Positions 1 through 10,284 of a stretch of 26,614 nucleotides of DNA are shown piece by piece. The position numbers and the translations under genes were made by a program. Position 1 is the stretch's first letter; each line of letters starts with the position of its first letter. Source of the DNA: an uncultured Nitrososphaerota archaeon. Lineage in GTDB: Archaea > Asgardarchaeota > Njordarchaeia > Njordarchaeales > Panguiarchaeaceae. Under the pieces are notes generated by a model that was not told the DNA's origin, did no database searches, and saw only the letters and a program-made list of their open reading frames with translations. The stretch is from positions 1 to 26,614 of the forward strand of contig CAZWPQ010000016.1 of NCBI GenBank assembly GCA_964636085.1. Reading direction: 5' to 3'.

Positions 1-1155
1 ATTTCTAAGGCGTCAGGTATACCACTAGAATACATTTCTAGAGCCCATATGCTTCTTGGCGATTTAGGAGAAGTCGCAGAACTCGCACTATTTGAAGGAT
101 ACGAATCCATAAAGAATGTTAAGGCACAGGTCTTTAGACCCATTAAACCTATGTTAGCACTCAAAGCAGATAATATAGTTGACGCACTAAGGGAGCATGG
201 ATGGAGAACAGCGTTTGAATATAAGCTAGATGGACTACGAGCACAGATACACAAAAGAGGCGATAAGGTAAGGATATATAGCAGAAGACTTAAGGATGTA
301 ACGGAAAGTTTCCCAGAAATCGTTGAGAAAATAAGAGACAGGATTTTAGCCAAAGAAACAATATTGGAGGGCGAGATCATCGGTATAAAGAATGGAAGAC
401 CAATCCCCTTTCAATATCTCATGAGAAGAGTACGAAGAATTGAGGACTTCGGCAGATATCGTAGAATTTTCCCCGTTGAGATATACCTATTCGATGTAAT
501 CTACGTGGATGGGAACATGACAATAGATTTGCCATACATAGAGAGAAGAAAATTACTTCAAAAAATATCGAATGGAATTAGACTTGTACCTCAAATAATT
601 ACTGATAATGTTCAGGTCGCCGAGAATTTCTTCAACGCAGCTATTAAGGCTGGTCATGAAGGACTTGTTGCTAAAAAACTCGACTCTAAATACTCGCCAG
701 GAACCAGAGGCAAAAAGTGGCTCAAAATAAAAAGAATTTTAGAGCCACTAGACTGTGTTATATATGCTGCCGAGTGGGGTTATGGGCGTAGGAAAAAATG
801 GTTAAGTGATTATTACCTGTCTGTGAGGGATAAAAGTAAAAACAAATGGGTAGTCATAGGCAAGACCTTTAAGGGACTGTCTGATAAAGAGTTCGAGGAA
901 ATCACAAGAGAACTGCTCAAGATAAAGATCTACGAGAGAGGTAGGATAGTTTATGTTAGACCAAAAATCGTGGTTGAAGTAATTTATGATGAAATACAAA
1001 AGTCTCCGAAGTATGAATCTGGTTTTGCTTTACGTTTTGCCAGAATAAACAGAATCCGTTGGGATAAGGGGCCAGAGGATGCTGACACCCTCTCAAAGGT
1101 TAAAGAAATATATGAAGGTCAGTTCAGATATAAAGCAAGACCATCCTTGAGATAA
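1..1155 (+). CDS. lig: ATP-dependent DNA ligase (5'-truncated by window edge)
   Basis: Frame is open from base 1 (ISKASGIPLEY...). Motifs: KPMLA, motif I EYKLDGLR, EGEI, LFDVIY, EGLVAK, WLKIK, and OB-fold ALRFARINRIRWDK. Confidence 0.97.
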   Translation: MSKASGIPLEYISRAHMLLGDLGEVAELALFEGYESIKNVKAQVFRPIKPMLALKADNIVDALREHGWRTAFEYKLDGLRAQIHKRGDKVRIYSRRLKDVTESFPEIVEKIRDRILAKETILEGEIIGIKNGRPIPFQYLMRRVRRIEDFGRYRRIFPVEIYLFDVIYVDGNMTIDLPYIERRKLLQKISNGIRLVPQIITDNVQVAENFFNAAIKAGHEGLVAKKLDSKYSPGTRGKKWLKIKRILEPLDCVIYAAEWGYGRRKKWLSDYYLSVRDKSKNKWVVIGKTFKGLSDKEFEEITRELLKIKIYERGRIVYVRPKIVVEVIYDEIQKSPKYESGFALRFARINRIRWDKGPEDADTLSKVKEIYEGQFRYKARPSLR

Positions 1156-1184
1156 AACATCAACTCCCCAGTAAGATAAAAACT

Positions 1185-1721
1185 TTATTCTGTTAAACGC
1201 GACCTTATTCTTAGGGCAAAAGCATGTATTATCTTCGCAAGTTCATTATTAATCTCCATTAATTCGCTACTCTTCCTAAGCACCTCCTGCCTGAGCCTTA
1301 TCGACTTATCGTAGATCTCTAGTACATCCGATATATTTACTCCACGAAGTTTTAATATCACGTTCTTCATTCGATTAAGCCATGGTTCAACATACCTCCT
1401 GATTATAAACTCTATTTCATCTTCGAGAGTTAACCTTTCATAAAACCCCATTATGTGAAGTTTATAATCGAACCATTCATATCTTCTCAAAAGCTTTTTT
1501 AGCCCGAGAGCCCGCATTAATCTTCCAAAGAGGGGAAGCCCATAGCTCACCGTTCTTGCCTTTTGATACGGAACACCTAAAGCAACGAGAAACGCTTTTC
1601 TAAACGATTCTATAGCATTCCAAGCTTTCTCCGCCGCATCATAATAATCCCCCCTGTCCAGAAGCTCAATAGCTCTTTCATAGTCTCTAAGCCCAGCATT
1701 AATAAGCTCACCCACATCCAT
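1185..1721 (-). CDS. PaREP1-family (HEPN-like) protein with C-terminal helical extension
   Basis: GDYYDAAEKAWNA and LHIMGFYE match the PaREP1 pattern. ATG at 1721 is preceded by a GGTGA SD, so it is preferred over the ORF-track start at 1754. Confidence 0.75.
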   Translation of the reverse strand: MDVGELINAGLRDYERAIELLDRGDYYDAAEKAWNAIESFRKAFLVALGVPYQKARTVSYGLPLFGRLMRALGLKKLLRRYEWFDYKLHIMGFYERLTLEDEIEFIIRRYVEPWLNRMKNVILKLRGVNISDVLEIYDKSIRLRQEVLRKSSELMEINNELAKIIHAFALRIRSRLTE

Positions 1722-1885
1722 AAAACCGTCACCAAAGTATTTACAACCCCACAATTTTTAAGATTATATTCACTCTAGCTTTTAAAACATCGAAAAAACA
1801 CGAAAAAAGTTTTCTACATGACTTGGAAGGGTATATTCATCAATCGTTGTTGATCTATGAAAAAGTTCCAAGTTTTCTATTTTGC

Positions 1886-2512
1886 TTATACGGCAATTTT
1901 AGAAAAAGCATTTGCAAGTTCTTCTAGGCCCAACTCTTTTAGCTCCTTGATTGTTCTTTCCTGAACCATCTTCCTAATTTTGTCGCTCCTTGAGTTGTTT
2001 ATCGCATATGCTATCATCAATAATAGCTTCTCAAGAACACTAGCACTTCTTAAGGCGACGCACATATACAGAGATAATGCAATAATATTCATTATCTCGT
2101 TTATCTCCTCTTCGTAGTCCTCCAATATGGATAAGTCTTTTATAGATAGCGCACACGCAGATGTTAATTGTGGGATTAGGCTCAACACGTCATTAGTAAC
2201 ATCTATTTCTCTATTGCCCTCAACTATGATTGCACGCCCATCTTCAGTTATTTTTACCGATATCACTCCCAGCAGAAGTGTCACAGCGTATTCTCTGTGG
2301 ATTAGTCCGGCCATGAAAACAAGTGCATCCTTATCCTTCTTCTCTAGTATGAATGGATTTGGTATGTAGTTGTTCTTTGCCTTTTCCTCGAACTCAGATA
2401 GCTCCTCCTTTGGAAATCTCTTTCTTACTTCATCAATTATCATAGGCATCTTCTTAGATAAATACTCATCCTCGATCCATTCCTCATTATTTTTTTCCAA
2501 TTTTTGCACCAA
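1886..2512 (-). CDS. Hypothetical protein (208 aa, acidic, largely helical)
   Basis: Long ORF with normal composition, co-oriented with the vWA/MoxR genes. No recognisable motif. Confidence 0.7.
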   Translation of the reverse strand: MVQKLEKNNEEWIEDEYLSKKMPMIIDEVRKRFPKEELSEFEEKAKNNYIPNPFILEKKDKDALVFMAGLIHREYAVTLLLGVISVKITEDGRAIIVEGNREIDVTNDVLSLIPQLTSACALSIKDLSILEDYEEEINEIMNIIALSLYMCVALRSASVLEKLLLMIAYAINNSRSDKIRKMVQERTIKELKELGLEELANAFSKIAV

Positions 2513-2576
2513 TTTTTCTTACTTGCAAAATATGTATAATAGAATATTTAAAGGATATACTAATCGACTACATCTC

Positions 2577-4262
2577 TCATATCATCTCCCATGTTTGTGG
2601 CTTTTCGGTGAATATATGTTTCTCTGTCAATGTTAGCGCAATTTTAGGTAACTCGTCAGGATCTGGTATGCTTATGATGTATCCTCCACCCGACCTTACC
2701 CTTTCTAACACACCATATTTTGCTGGAAGCTCTATATGGAAAAAGTATACGGTATGATGTCTTGATAATTCTTCTAGAAATTCCCCAGCACTTTTTCTGT
2801 TATAGATTGCTGCATCACTTATCACAATTATCAACACATTTTTTCTATCACCAATAACTCTCCTTATGGTCTTTATCGGAAAGTATGTTCCTCCATTCTG
2901 GTGGATCATTAGGACATCCTCTATTAATCTCTTATTCATTCCAAACCTAGCAACGATGGGTCTGTCGGAGAAATTTATGGCTGCAACATCACACCCAATG
3001 TCCAGTGCATACTCTAATATTCCAAAAGACGTGAGAAGGGCCACGTCGAATTTGGAGCCGATGACATAGGTAATATTCAGCTTCTTCATCAGTTTCTTCA
3101 TTCCCCTAGAAATACGAGGTTGTCTATATCCGTGTAGTTTTCCCATCGATCCAGAAGAATCTATTATGATAAGAACATCTGGCGTATATCTAATCACCCT
3201 TAGGGGAACACTCTCCCCTTTTATCCACTTTTTCGTCGTGTATCCAGGTATCATTATTGGGGAAATGTTTGATGACATGTATACGTCCAATTTCTCTATA
3301 CTGTCCCCCAACTCCCAAGTGTCTGGGTAATCAATTTTTTGGCGCACCACCTTCCTCCTCTCCTTTATAGTTATCCTAATTATTTCTCTGGCCCTTTCCC
3401 GATACCATAAGCGCATTATTTCCTTTGGCTTCATGGGGATCGTGCTCAGTAGGAATGGGGCCGATGTGGAGAGTTCACCACCCATCACCCCATAAATCGT
3501 ACTGAAAGCTTCGGGGAGGACCTTGCGTCTGGGCGTCTGTACCGCCATTACGGGTATGAATTCCTCGAGAATATCATATCCCGTCGTTTTGCCTAGCTTT
3601 TCTGCCTCACTTCCTAGATCAATCTCTCCAAATTTCTTTGAGAGGTATTCGGCTACATCTCTTGCTATTATGGGCCATACATATGGGTCATTTACATTCC
3701 TGGTGAATATTATGTTATACAAATCTTCTGCCATTTCGGCTATCTGTTTGTCCTCTATTGGGAATACATCTTGTCCATACATCTTGTTTATCAAACATAG
3801 ATGAAGCAAAGATGTTTTCCCAATCTCTTTGCCAAAGAGCTTCTTGATTATTCTATATGCCTCTATCACCAAATCTGGATCCTTATGTAGCAAATTTGCA
3901 TCGTTTATTATTTCGATCAATAGCGCGGACGTTATAATGCCGACCGCATATTCGCCATACTTCATGGATTGTTTTATAATCTCCACAGCCGTTCTTACAT
4001 CGTAGGGACAGAATCTTCGATAGCTTAGAAGCTTCGAAATGTAGTATGTCAAAATGACCTCCAACTCTTTTGACGATAGGTATAAAAACCTGCCCACGAT
4101 TATTTTGAAGCGTTGTGTCTCCCTATCTATGCTGATCTTTAATTTTGGCAGAATCCTCATTTCTAGGTCTATCTTTGGTGGTTCTTGCAGCATGAAGTAT
4201 GAGGCCGCCCTGTTTAATGCCTTTTCGATTATACGTTTTACCTTGCCCTTGGTCAGTATCAC
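2577..4262 (-). CDS. vWA (MIDAS) domain protein, partner of MoxR AAA+ ATPase
   Basis: C-terminal vWA: VLIIIDSSGSMG (DxSxS), AAINFS, GGT, IIVISD. Long helical N-terminal region. Starts 9 nt after the MoxR stop. Confidence 0.9.
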   Translation of the reverse strand: MILTKGKVKRIIEKALNRAASYFMLQEPPKIDLEMRILPKLKISIDRETQRFKIIVGRFLYLSSKELEVILTYYISKLLSYRRFCPYDVRTAVEIIKQSMKYGEYAVGIITSALLIEIINDANLLHKDPDLVIEAYRIIKKLFGKEIGKTSLLHLCLINKMYGQDVFPIEDKQIAEMAEDLYNIIFTRNVNDPYVWPIIARDVAEYLSKKFGEIDLGSEAEKLGKTTGYDILEEFIPVMAVQTPRRKVLPEAFSTIYGVMGGELSTSAPFLLSTIPMKPKEIMRLWYRERAREIIRITIKERRKVVRQKIDYPDTWELGDSIEKLDVYMSSNISPIMIPGYTTKKWIKGESVPLRVIRYTPDVLIIIDSSGSMGKLHGYRQPRISRGMKKLMKKLNITYVIGSKFDVALLTSFGILEYALDIGCDVAAINFSDRPIVARFGMNKRLIEDVLMIHQNGGTYFPIKTIRRVIGDRKNVLIIVISDAAIYNRKSAGEFLEELSRHHTVYFFHIELPAKYGVLERVRSGGGYIISIPDPDELPKIALTLTEKHIFTEKPQTWEMI

Positions 4263-4271
4263 TACGCTTCC

Positions 4272-5930
4272 CTATGACAAGATTTTCTTCATGGATTCTA
4301 CCATGTCGTCCCATAGAGAATATATAACCACATGGACGGGGCTATCATCCTTCTCGCATATTGAATATATCTCCATGTAGCTCAGATCGACATATGCAGA
4401 GATAGATTTTGGTGGTTTTAGAGTATGCCTTATTTCATTTATCCCGGTGTATTTGACTACATCGTCGATCCTATTCTTCCACTCTTTATATGTTACTGTT
4501 AGTCTTGTTCTGTGTTTGAGGAGTTCTGAGTGGTATACTTGTTTTAGTGTATTGTATTGATGAATAGATAACCTAGATTTTGCCTCCTCTAGAATCCTTC
4601 TAATTGTGTCCTTATCCGCAATCTTAATTGCTTCCATGAGTTGCCTCGCATACGTTACATATCTTTCTTCGAGCAATTCATCTATTTTTGGTAGCACGTC
4701 ATATTTAATAATCAGATCGTTAACCGCTGCATTTTTTATCGCAGTAACCATATTGGGGTCGACCTCTCCTCTCTTGATATTCTCATAGGCCTTCATTAAT
4801 GGTAGCCTTTGGAGGAAATTCCTTAGGACAACATTGACAATCTCCTTTGTTAACTCGAATTTATTATAGTGGAACCTCTCTAAGTATTTCTCAGAAAACT
4901 TTAGTCGATGCCACAGTACGTATGGGGCTATTGTTACAACAATATCCAGCGATACTTCGTCGAGACCAAGAAGCCAGGCTAGTGCTTTTGAATACCTTAT
5001 GAGATCCTTCTGTGCCCTTATGCTTAGGGGCGTATATACAATCTTACAAACAGTATCGAGGTTCTCATAATGACAACCAGTACATATTTTGCTGCCTATA
5101 GCCATGAATATCCCGGTCTCCTTGTTCACTCTATCACATAGCGATAATTCCTTCACCAAAACGCTAGTGAATAATCTGGCATCCTCACTCACCGGTATTG
5201 TTTCAACATAACTCCATATCGTTATCAACTCATCAATGGTGAGTATCGAGGGCACAGTCCTCTTAGCAACTTTTTCATCTGGAATATCGGCGATTTCTAT
5301 CACATCTTCAAGAGGCGGTGACTCAACTATCACAGCAATACCAAATCTATCCAACATTGGGAGCCCCATTGGAAACGTACCCACGTCACGGGGGTTTAGA
5401 GTTGCATATAGGACATACCTTGGTACAAAGTATATTTTATCAAAATATTTAGCTATTCCCTCTCCAAGCAGGCTAAGAATCGCATCTTGGGCACCAGGCG
5501 ATAATCTGTTAATCTCGTCTATAATTTTCCAGAAACATTTCACGAATCTTCTCCATATGATCATCTCCTCTCCTTCGCTTATTAGTTTTCCTAGGTGCAG
5601 TCTAGCAACAATTTTCTCCTCAGTAAGTTGTGGATTTGAACGAAGAATACTGGCTTCTATTTCCTCCATAGGTTGGCTAGTAAGTATTTTTCCAAGATAC
5701 TTCAGAAACATCGTTTTTCCATATCCGTACCCCCCATATAGTATCATTGAACCATTACCAACAATAGCATTGATTATTGAGAACCCTGTTACGACGGGGA
5801 ATGCGAATGATCCATTTGGCGTATTAATCACTATTGTTTTGGTATGTATAAATAGCTTGTTTTTTTGCAATATATCCATCGCAGCTAGGACTTTTTCTCT
5901 CAATAGATCCTCATTTTTCACTTCGCTCAA
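4272..5930 (-). CDS. MoxR-family AAA+ ATPase
   Basis: Walker A GGYGYGKT, Walker B IIDEINR followed by QDAILSLL, sensor-1 ATLNP, LDRF arginine finger, SIRA sensor-2. Confidence 0.9.
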   Translation of the reverse strand: MSEVKNEDLLREKVLAAMDILQKNKLFIHTKTIVINTPNGSFAFPVVTGFSIINAIVGNGSMILYGGYGYGKTMFLKYLGKILTSQPMEEIEASILRSNPQLTEEKIVARLHLGKLISEGEEMIIWRRFVKCFWKIIDEINRLSPGAQDAILSLLGEGIAKYFDKIYFVPRYVLYATLNPRDVGTFPMGLPMLDRFGIAVIVESPPLEDVIEIADIPDEKVAKRTVPSILTIDELITIWSYVETIPVSEDARLFTSVLVKELSLCDRVNKETGIFMAIGSKICTGCHYENLDTVCKIVYTPLSIRAQKDLIRYSKALAWLLGLDEVSLDIVVTIAPYVLWHRLKFSEKYLERFHYNKFELTKEIVNVVLRNFLQRLPLMKAYENIKRGEVDPNMVTAIKNAAVNDLIIKYDVLPKIDELLEERYVTYARQLMEAIKIADKDTIRRILEEAKSRLSIHQYNTLKQVYHSELLKHRTRLTVTYKEWKNRIDDVVKYTGINEIRHTLKPPKSISAYVDLSYMEIYSICEKDDSPVHVVIYSLWDDMVESMKKILS

Positions 5931-7248
5931 TGTCCAGCACCCCCAAATATGTCAACGTTTTTAAATCCATATACCTTCTCCAATTTGGCATATTCTTTTC
6001 TAATTTTTTTACATCAATATGTATTTCTGACTCTACAGATAATCTCTTAGCTACTTCATATGGGATGTATGCCTTGATGAGCCGATTAAATGCTTGGAAA
6101 ATTAGGGTAGATGGATAATTGGTCAATATCTCGATTATCCTTCTTCTAGTACCATCCATTTCTAGGAATCTTCTAATCACTACTGGTCTTGCCTCCGACG
6201 CGATCTTATCCATTATCTTGAAAACATACGTGTCTATGTTTGGTTCTTTTCCCCAATGTTTGTTCAGCATTTTATAGACAAACTCTAGAATCTCTTGTAG
6301 ATTTGCCATACTGCTAGTGGTATATGACGTCGACAATAACAAAGCTACCGCGCTTTTTGTTGATGTTATACCCTTCGTTACTGCGTATATCAAGCTGGAA
6401 ACAGGGCCCCTATAGTATTTTGAAATCATCTTTGATAGTATATCAAATATGAGGCTAGGATCATTTTTCCTAGCCTTCTGATATAGCTGAAGCGCCTCTT
6501 GGTCGGTATAGTCGAGAGTTTTAAGCAAAATGTTCCATGTAAAGTATCGAACCCCCTTTAATCCTAAATATCTCATGAGGGCATAGCCAGCCGCGATACA
6601 AAAACCATATGTGGCGTCAAAATTCCTCGATATAGAGTTCACTACAACATCAAATATTTTTGTGTTTGTACCGACACAATAAAATAGTGGAATTGACGCA
6701 ACAATGCTCTTCTCGGTAGACAGTTTTTCTCCCATACTTTTAAAACTCTTGGAGTACTCCTCTGCAAAATTTGGGAGCTCAAAGGCTCCAAACTTTTCTA
6801 GGAGCAACGTATATATATCCCCAATAGCGATGGCTTCATTATATTTGGCCAATTCTCCAGTAAAACTTATTTCTACACTTTTGGAGATTCCGTACTCCTT
6901 AGCGAACTTTAGTATCACATTTTTCGTCAACATGAGAGGTAATCTCGGGTTGAAGACTTCATGTATCACATATGCTACTTGAGTCCCCATTATACTTATG
7001 ATCTCGGGTGAAATCGGGCTACCATATGCCATAAGCCTCATTCTTAGTGTCTGCTTTAGTTTTGCGATATATGCGCCCCCACAATATTTCTCTAATACCT
7101 CAAATACACGGTCTATGTGATGGTCATACGGCTCTAAAAATCCTGCATATTCAACTATTTTTTCACAGATTTCCCTCCTACTTCTCTTCTCCATTAAAGC
7201 GTCCACATTCGCTAGAATCGCGTCTAGATTCTCAATATATTTGGACAT
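5911..7248 (-). CDS. Hypothetical protein (445 aa, helical), first gene of the MoxR-vWA operon
   Basis: Long ORF with GAGGGA SD upstream. Its 3' end overlaps the MoxR start by 20 nt. Confidence 0.75.
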   Translation of the reverse strand: MSKYIENLDAILANVDALMEKRSRREICEKIVEYAGFLEPYDHHIDRVFEVLEKYCGGAYIAKLKQTLRMRLMAYGSPISPEIISIMGTQVAYVIHEVFNPRLPLMLTKNVILKFAKEYGISKSVEISFTGELAKYNEAIAIGDIYTLLLEKFGAFELPNFAEEYSKSFKSMGEKLSTEKSIVASIPLFYCVGTNTKIFDVVVNSISRNFDATYGFCIAAGYALMRYLGLKGVRYFTWNILLKTLDYTDQEALQLYQKARKNDPSLIFDILSKMISKYYRGPVSSLIYAVTKGITSTKSAVALLLSTSYTTSSMANLQEILEFVYKMLNKHWGKEPNIDTYVFKIMDKIASEARPVVIRRFLEMDGTRRRIIEILTNYPSTLIFQAFNRLIKAYIPYEVAKRLSVESEIHIDVKKLEKNMPNWRRYMDLKTLTYLGVLDIERSEK

Positions 7249-7348
7249 AAGACTTCCCTCACAACATGAATTCCATTACCCGCATTAACTCAGTATGAAA
7301 AACTAATCTTTAATTTCCATATAACAACACTTTTGTCTACTTATGATC

Positions 7349-9184
7349 TTATGGGTATCTTATTCTTTGATTTAGATATTTTGGGAAGTATAGATCCCTC
7401 CATGGGTAGCTATCCTGTTCTTGTTTGAGTATCCTTATCAAGTCCTCCACATGCATTTGTCTCTGGCTTCCCTCGCTCCTAATTCTAACTGTTATCTTTC
7501 CTTCCCTAGCTTCTTTTTCCCCTATAATCACGATATATGGTATCCATTCCCTCTCCGCATCAAGTATCTTCCTAGATAGTGTTCTATTCGTGTCGTCAAA
7601 GTCCACCCTTACCTTGCTAATTTCTAATTTTTTCATAACTTCCTTTGCATATTCGAATACACTATCGCTTATTGGGATTATTCTTACCTGTATTGGAGAG
7701 ATCCAATAGGGCAACATCGGTTTTTTGCCCTTCTTCTTCATTTTCATAGCAACATCAAATAGCATGTAAATAAACCTAATTATTGTCCCCAAGATCGCGG
7801 TATGTAGTATTACTGGGTGCTTCTTGTTTCCATTCTTATCCACATAGTGAATATCGAATCTCTTCGCGTTCCCAACATCTATTTGAACCGTCCCAATCTC
7901 CCTAGGCCTGCCTAAGTAATCGGTTATATGATACTCAATATTGATTGTCCAGTAATAGGAGAGGCCTGTCGGTGGGTATATTGAGACAAGAATGGGCTTG
8001 CCAATGTCTTGAGCAATCCTTATCATAAAGTCCTTGTATCTCTCGTATTGTTCTGGCGAAACTACATTTATTAGGAGCTCATAGTTCTGTCCAAACTTCA
8101 TAGCCTCGTCCATTATTTGCTTGTGGATCCTTATCAGCATTTCTTTGGCCATCGACTCATCCTTAACTATTATGTGAAGATCAGGCATCCAAAAGCGCCT
8201 TAACCTAAATGCTAACTCCACCTCACCACTCTGCTCATATCTGTATGAATCCGCTACTTCGAATATTCCAAAAGGCATGTTTTTGTATGATATATACCAA
8301 TCACTCAATATGGAAAATTGTTGATGGCAGGCCGCATATCTCAGAATGAACGTCCCCCTATCCGTCTTTATTTTGTAGAGCCTATCACCATAGAGCTCGG
8401 CGTGCTCCTTTACGGCTTGATCTCTAAGATTGAAAAATGCCGTACCTTTTACCTCATAGACAGGTATGCCTAGTTTCCTAATTGCATCCCTTGAATAATC
8501 AACAGCTAAATCAAAAATCAATGATGCATATGGATGAAGCCTCAGATGGCCAAAATCAGACCTCTCCTCCCACTCAAACCCAAACCTTTTTAAATAGTCC
8601 AACATTTCATGTTTTTTCTCCTGTAATGGAACACCTAAGGCTTCCCTTTTTACTAGTAAAGCAAAGTCATCGTTAAATTCATTCAGTATATCCTCCGTAG
8701 GGATTGCCTCCTTACCATTAGGCCAAATTATAACATACTTCTTTTCCCCACGTCTCTTCTCCACAATTATATCTTCTCTAGTTATGACCCTAGATCGCTC
8801 AGCCAAGGGATGTCCCTTTACATGTGCCTTAAATTCCTTGTAGTAGCCAAATGGAGCAATATATGTCTCCACGTTCATATCTCGAAGCCGCTCATATATC
8901 CCCCTTAGTATCTTCTTAGCCGAATCAGGAGGCGCAAGCTCGGATGAGAGATGAGCATAAGGATACACTAATATCCTTTCAGCCCCCACCTCACTGGCCA
9001 TATTCAGTATTTCCTTGGAGACGTAGTCTATAAGAGACTCATCATCACTATATTCTACAGATATTAAAGCAACCAATACATTATCAAATGCGTATTCCTT
9101 TTCTTCGGTTTCCTCGGCCTTATCCATCGCTTTTTTAGTTGGCCTAAATTTAAAGTTTTCGCAGTGCCATATTAGCATCCTCAT
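7349..9184 (-). CDS. thrS: Threonyl-tRNA synthetase, archaeal type
   Basis: Archaeal N-terminal editing domain (VYPYAHLSSELA, APFGYYKEF, KGHPLAE), LRYAAC, SYRYEQSGE, RRFWMPDLH, TVQIDV, PVILH, anticodon domain (PIQVRIIP, EWIPYIVIIGEKE). Confidence 0.97.
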   Translation of the reverse strand: MRMLIWHCENFKFRPTKKAMDKAEETEEKEYAFDNVLVALISVEYSDDESLIDYVSKEILNMASEVGAERILVYPYAHLSSELAPPDSAKKILRGIYERLRDMNVETYIAPFGYYKEFKAHVKGHPLAERSRVITREDIIVEKRRGEKKYVIIWPNGKEAIPTEDILNEFNDDFALLVKREALGVPLQEKKHEMLDYLKRFGFEWEERSDFGHLRLHPYASLIFDLAVDYSRDAIRKLGIPVYEVKGTAFFNLRDQAVKEHAELYGDRLYKIKTDRGTFILRYAACHQQFSILSDWYISYKNMPFGIFEVADSYRYEQSGEVELAFRLRRFWMPDLHIIVKDESMAKEMLIRIHKQIMDEAMKFGQNYELLINVVSPEQYERYKDFMIRIAQDIGKPILVSIYPPTGLSYYWTINIEYHITDYLGRPREIGTVQIDVGNAKRFDIHYVDKNGNKKHPVILHTAILGTIIRFIYMLFDVAMKMKKKGKKPMLPYWISPIQVRIIPISDSVFEYAKEVMKKLEISKVRVDFDDTNRTLSRKILDAEREWIPYIVIIGEKEAREGKITVRIRSEGSQRQMHVEDLIRILKQEQDSYPWRDLYFPKYLNQRIRYP

Positions 9185-9268
9185 CTACAAACACCATACA
9201 AAGGATTCGTACTATACGCCAAAAACTTGCTTATCTATAATTCTTAATCGGGATTAAAATTCAAACAA

Positions 9269-10147
9269 TTAATATGTGGTTAGGAATAGCCTCTGTATGA
9301 AGGGCCGAGATTTCATTATTGTCAACTCCTCCTCATATGTATAATGAAATTTCCATAATACCCTGAACAAACCCTCAAACTGTCGCCTAGTCTTTGATGA
9401 AATATAGGGCCTCCTATAGTCATTTTTATACATCCCATAATACGCATATAGCAACTTGGTTGTAGCAAAATTTATCGACTCTACTTTCTCCCATCTAAAC
9501 TCTGGGATCAAAGGATAGAAAATACTTATCAACCGCTCTGCCTTCTTGCTCCTGATCAGCACACCAGGTATATACTTCTCAAGCGTTGTAAACGCCACGT
9601 AGTGACAAAAATTCTCTTCCTCCAATGTCCTCAACAATGAGTATTTTCCCTTCTTCATACCCTCCAAGATCAAAGCCATGTCCTCGAAAACGTGATGTGC
9701 CACGCTATGGGCATAATGGAATACGATGTACTCAACGAATAGTGAATTCACAAGCACCAGAGAATTCTTTCTAACTCTATTAAGTTTCAGAGTCAGAGTA
9801 TCGGAATCTTCGGCGATAGATCTTAACAGACGAGGATCTCGCAATATATAGGAGGCATAACTCATAAATTTAACGAAGTCGTCCCACAACTCCCGTAGCC
9901 TGAAATATACCCCATACTTCTTACTATCGAAATGATAGGGAACATAATAAAATACATCATCGACAATTATTGTTTTCCTAGAATACCTCTTTGGTCTAGG
10001 TTTTGATCTCCATAAAATAAATTGTTCCAAGTTGCTGATATACCTAGAGAGAATACTCTCTACATCCTCAATGGATTTCACAAATTTCAACATCTCGACG
10101 GGTTCTTCGGGAACATACGATTCAGTAGCATCAATTAAACGAGTCAT
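9269..10147 (-). CDS. Hypothetical protein with degenerate zincin-like motif
   Basis: Likely start is the ATG at 10147 (GGGG upstream), because the ORF-track extension to 10351 overlaps the divergent radical SAM gene. Contains HYAHSVAHHVFE and a downstream LEEENFC. Confidence 0.65.
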   Translation of the reverse strand: MTRLIDATESYVPEEPVEMLKFVKSIEDVESILSRYISNLEQFILWRSKPRPKRYSRKTIIVDDVFYYVPYHFDSKKYGVYFRLRELWDDFVKFMSYASYILRDPRLLRSIAEDSDTLTLKLNRVRKNSLVLVNSLFVEYIVFHYAHSVAHHVFEDMALILEGMKKGKYSLLRTLEEENFCHYVAFTTLEKYIPGVLIRSKKAERLISIFYPLIPEFRWEKVESINFATTKLLYAYYGMYKNDYRRPYISSKTRRQFEGLFRVLWKFHYTYEEELTIMKSRPFIQRLFLTTY

Positions 10148-10284
10148 CGCCCCTTTATCAAGCTTGGGTACATATTCTACACTCCTATATTCAAGAGTAA
10201 AAGTAGAAGCAAACAAACCATACACCACGAATATAATAATAATCCATATTATATTTTTGGAACAAATAATCATGGTATGCAGGC

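Noticed and set aside
1755-1885. Intergenic region with a short CGAAAAAA duplication, considered as ncRNA or repeat element
   Set aside because: Only two 8-nt copies, most simply minus-strand T-tracts (terminator-like). No tRNA or CRISPR structure.
5236-5964. 242-aa + strand ORF
   Set aside because: Antisense shadow of the MoxR ATPase, which has clear motifs.
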